This document shows positions 63,601 through 64,000 of a DNA stretch of 64,000 bases, in pieces. Every line of letters begins with the position of its first letter. Position 1 is the first letter of the stretch. The notes under the pieces are model-generated. The model had not been told where the DNA came from, searched no databases, and saw only the letters and a program-made list of their open reading frames with translations. The position numbers and the translations under genes were made by a program. The DNA is from Tubulanus polymorphus (lineage: Eukaryota; Animalia; Nemertea): contig NC_134034.1 of the NCBI RefSeq assembly GCF_964204645.1, positions 2,480,072 to 2,544,071 on the forward strand. The letters are read 5' to 3'.

Positions 63601-63745
63601 ATACGCCGAATGATATATTCGCGACACATGCCACATTTCATTTTCCGATGTGATAAAATTCTAACTAACTGCTTTCAGATTAACCCACATCATTAAACCT
63701 CATTTGTCATATTGTCGGCGTATAATTGTAATACAGGGCATCGTC
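60649..63745. mobile_element. Inverted-repeat-bounded element enclosing the BEL/Pao fragment
   Basis: 60649-60719 GACAATGCCCTGTATTATTACAATTATACGCCGAAAATATGACTAATGAGATTTAATGATGTGGGTTAATC is the near-exact reverse complement of 63678-63745; patchier similarity continues inward (GCAGTT, GAAATGTGGCAT). Confidence 0.75.
60915..63590 (-). mobile_element. BEL/Pao LTR-retrotransposon pol fragment: RT C-terminal half, RNase H, integrase; one in-frame stop
   Basis: LYVDN RT motif, KVLGIKW, YDPFG, ELHVFCDSS..AFGAV, KSRVAPIKKLSIPQLELCAA, WSDSQIVL, ENPADLITRG, H..H..CxxC zinc finger, GVDYLGP, SDNATTF, PWQGGFWERLV, RPLSKLYPLE. The TGA at 62048-62050 is in frame with the downstream ORF. No gag, protease or LTRs seen. 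Confidence 0.92.
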
Positions 63746-64000
63746 GCAAACGTTCTAGTTAGGTTTTGCAATTTCAAAGCCCCCACGTGTTCAATTCAAT
63801 ATTTCAATTCCATTCAATTCAATATCTATTACACGGAAAAGCAGAACAATCGAATCATAAGAAAGCTAAACTAATTTAAAAAAGAACGAGAAAATTTAAA
63901 AAAATTTACAAATGTTATAGCGCGCTTTTCCATGTGGGCCTTGCAAAGCCTTAAAGGCCGCTAACGCAGGCACCCAATGAAAGAGAGAGAATAAAGAAGA

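Noticed and set aside
60654-63740. TG...CA ends as retroviral LTR or Ginger termini
   Set aside because: The repeats are inverted, not direct. Complementarity extends 5 nt beyond TG/CA and no TSD flanks them, so these are not demonstrably the true ends.
63790-64000. (ATTCA)n tract as the 3' tail of a minus-strand LINE
   Set aside because: Too little sequence before the window end to support it.

Overview
AT-rich, intron-containing animal DNA. The gene content (calcitonin-type receptor, GRL101-like LGR, astacin-MAM, intronless peptide-receptor-like GPCR array) suggests a marine lophotrochozoan invertebrate, which is inference only. All host genes are on the + strand. In order: (1) the 3' half of a class B calcitonin-receptor-like GPCR (1.7-15 kb), with an intronic tRNA-Arg(TCG), three candidate alternative last exons and an intronic inverted pair of minimal hammerhead motifs; (2) two paralogous small secreted Cys-rich genes built from PCSK9-C-terminal/resistin-like modules (17.3-19.9 and 26.6-27.9 kb), one with an intronic array of about 20 hairpin-forming 79-bp repeats, separated by a dead P-type transposase; (3) an 11-exon astacin-MAM metalloprotease (30.2-36.5 kb); (4) a ~1900-aa CUB/C-type lectin/LDLa/LRR/7TM GRL101-like receptor whose upstream region and first two exons are triplicated with a 3303-bp period (37.5-50.9 kb); (5) three tandem intronless class A GPCRs diverging mainly in ligand-facing segments (52.8-60.0 kb); (6) a BEL/Pao pol fragment bounded by inverted repeats rather than LTRs (60.6-63.7 kb). 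Many minisatellites and MITEs fill the introns. Exon models were read by eye from splice signals and frame continuity; no searches were run.
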